A DNA stretch of 63,167 bases, the filler included, from Folioceros fuciformis (taxonomy: Eukaryota): NCBI GenBank assembly GCA_049999805.1. It is 8 parts of 8 records of this genome, joined end to end, with 100 filler letters (N's around TTAATTAATTAA, not from the genome) between each part and the next. Parts side by side here need not be neighbours in the genome. Positions count along the whole stretch, not along the records: positions 58,620 to 61,244 come from JBNGIO010006027.1; positions 61,345 to 63,167 come from JBNGIO010006045.1; 6 more parts are not named here. One strand, written 5' to 3'. A model generated the notes under the pieces. The model made no database searches, was not told the origin of the DNA, and worked only from the letters and a program-made list of their open reading frames with translations. Made by a program: the position numbers and the translations under genes. This document shows positions 58,620 to 63,167 of this stretch, one piece after another (the stretch's first letter is position 1; every line of letters starts with the position of its first letter).

Positions 58620-61244
58620 CTTTAGATAGTAAAGTCATATTGTTAGTAACAAGGATGGCATCATCCTCATACAAGGGTAATATAACAAACTTGCTGTCTT
58701 CTGAAAAGAAGAAAACATTGGAGTTTGCAGGTAACTGTACAAAGCCAAGCTTCTGAAGGTATTTCACAATTCGTTTATACCAAGCTCGAGGACTTTGCTT
58801 TAATCCATAAATAGTTTTAAGTAGCTTACATACTTTATTTGGATATTTCTTACTAACAAACCCCTCTGGCTGTTGCATGTACAGGGTTTCTTCAAGCTCT
58901 CCATGAAGAAAAACGGTACACACGTCCATTTGGTGAACTTCCAAGTTATATTCAGCTGCCATAGCAAGGAGAATTCTAACAGATGGGGGTTTAACAACAG
59001 GTGAGAAGGTATCACCATAATCCAAACCAGGTATTTGACTAAACCCTCTCGCTACAAGTCTTGATTTGTAACGTGCAACTGTGCCATCTGATTTGAGCTT
59101 TGTTTTAAAAACCCATTTAAAGCTGATTGGCTTACGCCCAGGTGGCAACTCCTCTAACACCCATGTGTTGTTTTTGACTAAGGAATTAAATTCATCATCA
59201 ATGGAGATTCGCCACTTATCACCATCAGGGCCATTGATAGCCTCTGAATAGGATTGGGGGTCAGGTCTCACGTCAGGTACATATATTTGAGCAATATGGG
59301 CTTGTTTGAAATCAACTGATTCATATGGTTTCTCTAACCAATTCTCACGTGTATGCATCTCTCTCATAGGATAACGAGGTTGATCCTGGATTTGGGCTTG
59401 TGGAACTTGAGGTAAGACCTCTGGCACAATTTCAGCTGTACTGTGTGTAGAATGTTGAGAGGCTACTGACCCTTCATCCTCAAAAGGATCATCAGCTCCT
59501 TCAACTTGTGGTAAATTCTCCTCAAAGGCTTCATGAACATCTGTATTTTCAGCAACCACTTCCTCCCCATCAGATAAAGGAAATTCAGCAAACTGATTAG
59601 GCTCAAGGTCAGCCTCAGCATCTTCATCTTGTATTTGATTAAAATGCTGTTGTATATTTGAGCCATCTTCTGAATAAGACAGGTCTTCATGAGCATCTTC
59701 TACAGATGTTGAAGCTTCAGGACGTGGTGAAGACAACTCTTCAAATGTCACACTCCTAGCTAAGGTAATAGCTGAAGTATTGGAGTCAAATAATTTATAT
59801 GCCTTAGATTCTTCAGAATAGCCTAGGAAAATTAGAGCCTTTTCCCTATCATCTAACTTCCTGCGTTTCTGTTGAGGAATAAAGGCAAATGCAAGGGAAC
59901 CAAAAACTCTTAGGTGAAGCAAGCTTGGTTTTCTTCCCCAGAATGATTCATAGGGAGTTTTATCAGGCACGGACTTTGTCAACACTCTATTTAGAATGTA
60001 AGTTGCTGTGACTATGGCCTCAGCCCAGAAACGCTTTGAAAGTCCTGCCCATGAAAGCATGCTTCGAGTCATTCCCATAAGTGTTTGGTTCTTGCGTTCT
60101 GCCACACCATTTTGCTGTTGCGTATATGGTATGGAAAATTGCCTTGTGATTCCAAACTGATCAAATAGGGAGTCATATTTGTGACCTACAAATTCACCTC
60201 CATTATCTGATCTCATACACTTGACTAACTTTCCAGTTTGCCGTTGTACCATAGGTATCCAACATGATATCTTGTCAAAAGCATCACTTTTCTGTTTAAA
60301 AGGAAAGGTCCAAGTGTACCTACTGAAATCATCAGTCAAGGTTAAGTAGTACTCCGCTCCTCCTAGCGAAGGTACCTGTATCTTCCCAGCAATGTCCATG
60401 TGAATCAATCCTAGAACACAATAAGCTCTTGTAGCATTTTTGTTCTTGAAAGGAAGCTCCTTTTGTTTAGAGAGTACACATGACTTGCAGACTGGAAGGT
60501 GCTTAAAGCATGAAGGTAACTTTTCTTTATAATAGTCACCTGTGGACATTAAGTCTAGCTTGACCTTATTTATATGTCCAAGTCTAGCATGCCATAGATT
60601 TGCTAGAGACTTAGATGTAGCAACATTCACAGCTGGACTATGATCTCCCACTGAAAGCTGATAGAGATCATTCTTAAGTAACCCTCTAGCTAAACACACA
60701 CTAGGTTGTGTTATGCTATACAAATAGCAGGAGTCCTTCTCAAAGCGAAAAGCAAACTCTGACATTTGTGTAAGTGCTCTAATTGACAACAGGTTCTTTG
60801 ACATGTTAGGAACATAAAGTACATCTAGCAATTCAAGAGTGAACTAGAGATAGGTACACTTACTGTTCCACTTCCTAGTACCTTCACAGCACGTGAATCT
60901 CCCACATACACTGACTGTGGGAATGACTGTCTAATGAAGGTAGTGAACAGGTGGCGATTGTTACACACATGTGAGGTCGCCCCTGAGTCAATGAACCAAA
61001 GAGAGGGATGCTCTCTTGTTGAAGTCAAGCAGATAGTCAACACTGTTGAGCTGCTCTTTTGAGCACTTTGGGTACTAGAAGATTTGTTGCCTCTTTCAGC
61101 AACATGAGCTTCAAGTTTTGGCTCCTTGCGAGCTTCTCCTGATTTCTTCTTACGGCACTCTCTTTCCTAGTGGCCAGGGAGCTGACACCAATTATAGTTG
61201 CCTTGCCTTTTGGGATTTCCAGGTGGGGTTTTCTTACCCTTACC
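58620..61244 (-). mobile_element. Ty1/Copia internal fragment (Copia-6), same family as Copia-1
   Basis: Long ORF with GAG-pre-integrase, integrase and RT nearly colinear with Copia-1 (KEKLPSCFK, DIAGKIQV.SLGGAEYYLTLTDDFSRYTW). Protease WFIDSGATSH. Bounded by linkers on both sides. Confidence 0.92.
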
Positions 61245-62377
61245 NNNNNNNNNNNNNNNNNNNNNNNNNNNNNNNNNNNNNNNNNNNNTTAATTAATTAA
61301 NNNNNNNNNNNNNNNNNNNNNNNNNNNNNNNNNNNNNNNNNNNNATTATTATTGCTATCCAGCCTCGGTGAAAATATCAGATCACCCGCCCTAAACCACG
61401 GCCCTTCCAGATTGGCACCACGGTCTGAAGGGCCCGCCCATTGCTGTTCGTAGCGACGTTGGATACCCCATGTCAAATACTATCAGGTTTCAACAATCGC
61501 CATTATCCAACTTCAACTAGCTCCCAATGGCGTACAAAGCGTGAGTTCGCATAAGCTGCCGAACGGAGGGATGGATGAAAATTGACCGAGTTTCCTACTG
61601 TTTCTCAGCCCCCTTTCAGCCAGTCAGTGTCTGTCAAGTTTTGGGGAATTACATCAGCTGCTGAGGAGGAAACAAACCAGTAGTGGCCTTCAATCTGATG
61701 CTTGCCTTGTGGTCACGGTATATGGCGGCCTACTTGGTCATTATGACGTACACCTCTGCCCGGCCTCCTTAGCAGCGCTGCCCAAAACTCCAGACATGAT
61801 ATTTTTGTGGCTGTGCTTGATTTGTCAAGAGGATGTCAATCCGAATCTGAAACACAGTGCATAAAAACTACCAGCAGGGGCTTTGGGTTCGAGCTCGGAT
61901 CTTTGCAAGTAACATGCCCATCACAACCCATGGCCAGTTGTTGAACCTTTCTCCATGGCAGGGGAATTGGTGAGGTGTAAGTCATGTAGCAGAGATGCTA
62001 CCGACCGTCGCAACGTTACAAGAGGTTCCTCTTTCACGAAGAAATCGTCCTGTGCGTCGTCAGTGCTTGTACAAGCATGAAGGAAGCTGGAGTCAGGGTT
62101 TCAAGCAGGTGCATGCGGAGAAGCAGATCCAGATATGTACATACTGTATATGGAGGACCTGGTCCGGAACCAGGGTTTATGGATTAGGGGTCCAAAGTGC
62201 AGTACCGTATGTAAGTAAGTGGCTGTGCAGTTACAGCAGTCTTCTATATTATCAGACTATGGCTTCAGGCATCCTGAAACAGAAACAGGCCTAGGGACAA
62301 AACTGAGGTGGCCAGCTGGAGGGCCAATATTCCTTCCCTTCCACAGCAGCGAGGCCTCGTATGAAAGGAGAATGGGT

Positions 62378-63158
62378 CTATGGGCATAAGATGACGTTGT
62401 AGCTGGTGCCATGTGCGCAAGAGAAGAGGGAAGAGGCGTCGTCGCGGCTGTAGCTGTATGCTGCGGGGCAGGCGGACTTGAACACCCGAGTGCCGTCGGT
62501 AGGGCCTTTACCGGCGGCGCCGTCAGTGTTGACGCAGACGAGGGCACCGGAAGGCGTAGTTAGCAGCTGGTTGTTGGCGGTACAGAAGGAGGCGATGCTG
62601 CGGATGTTGCAGGAGGGCGCATTGCATGTGCCGCTACCCACGGGCTCGATCTTGAGCCCGATGGTGTAGGCATTCACGTTGCTGAGATCGTAGTAGTCGT
62701 TGGGGCCGACGAGGTTGAATTCCGCAGTGTTGGCCAGGAACTTGTCTCTGGCGGCACTAGGATTCCCTCCGATAGCCACACACTGGCCTGTCACGGACGC
62801 CCATACCGACGCCGACGGCCAGACACATCCCGGCCCGAAGTCCATGGTCTGCCAGCCCCCCATGGCCAGACTGTACTGCGCGATGGGATCGCTGCGGGAC
62901 TGCGCACAAACTGTGACCGCGTAGGTGCACCGGTTCACTATCGTCACGCTGCAGCCTGCACAGAGAGAGATTGGAGAGACACACGGCATGTGTCAGCAAC
63001 CATGCACCCAACGATGACAGTGTTGGCAATCATCGAAATCGAGGAGATTTCCGAAGCTCCAGGATTCACATACCGTGCACCGCGACCACCAGGAAGCTGG
63101 CTGCCACCAGAGTGACCATTGAAAGACCAGACGATGCAGATGCTTTGTAGGTGGCCAT
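62378..63158 (-). CDS. Thaumatin-like protein (PR-5), 2 exons (63158-63074, 62955-62378), 220 aa
   Basis: Signal-peptide exon MATYKASASSGLSMVTLVAASFLVVAVHG joined by a phase-1 GT..AG intron to TIVNRCTYAV..TAEFNL..DYYDLSNVNAY..FKSACPAAYSYSRDDASSLFSC..YNVILCP. Confidence 0.92.
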
Positions 63159-63167
63159 CTCGTCGTT

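Overview
Repeat-rich nuclear DNA from a seed-free land plant. A DYW:KP/GRP-type PPR relic points to a hornwort, or less likely a fern or lycophyte (inference). The window is stitched from contigs by seven artificial 100-nt N-TTAATTAATTAA-N linkers, so adjacency across those linkers is unproven. Three host genes look intact and spliceable: a dirigent-domain gene (703-1310, -), a coiled-coil plus Crinkler-type nuclease gene (21957-23622, +) and a thaumatin-like PR-5 gene (62378-63158, -). Most of the rest is nested, decayed Ty1/Copia (about six elements) and Ty3/Gypsy (Tat-like) retroelements, LTR fragments, a foldback element and tandem repeats. The standout is a spliced, now pseudogenised gene at about 3586-7012 (-) fusing a ParB/Srx-like domain to a prokaryote-type beta-class N4C/N6A DNA methyltransferase. 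The intron separating the two domains holds about 14 copies of a 24-bp palindrome, and a MULE-type SWIM transposase fragment follows on the same strand, suggesting a transposon-borne DNA-modification module. Other observations: an extra 5' coiled-coil ORF and an antisense 3' ORF in the Copia elements, a PHD-finger Gypsy integrase fragment captured inside an LTR, a 2.35-kb inversion with head-to-head primer-binding sites, and a Gypsy pol with two additional RNase H domains. All calls come from reading the sequence by eye; no searches were run.
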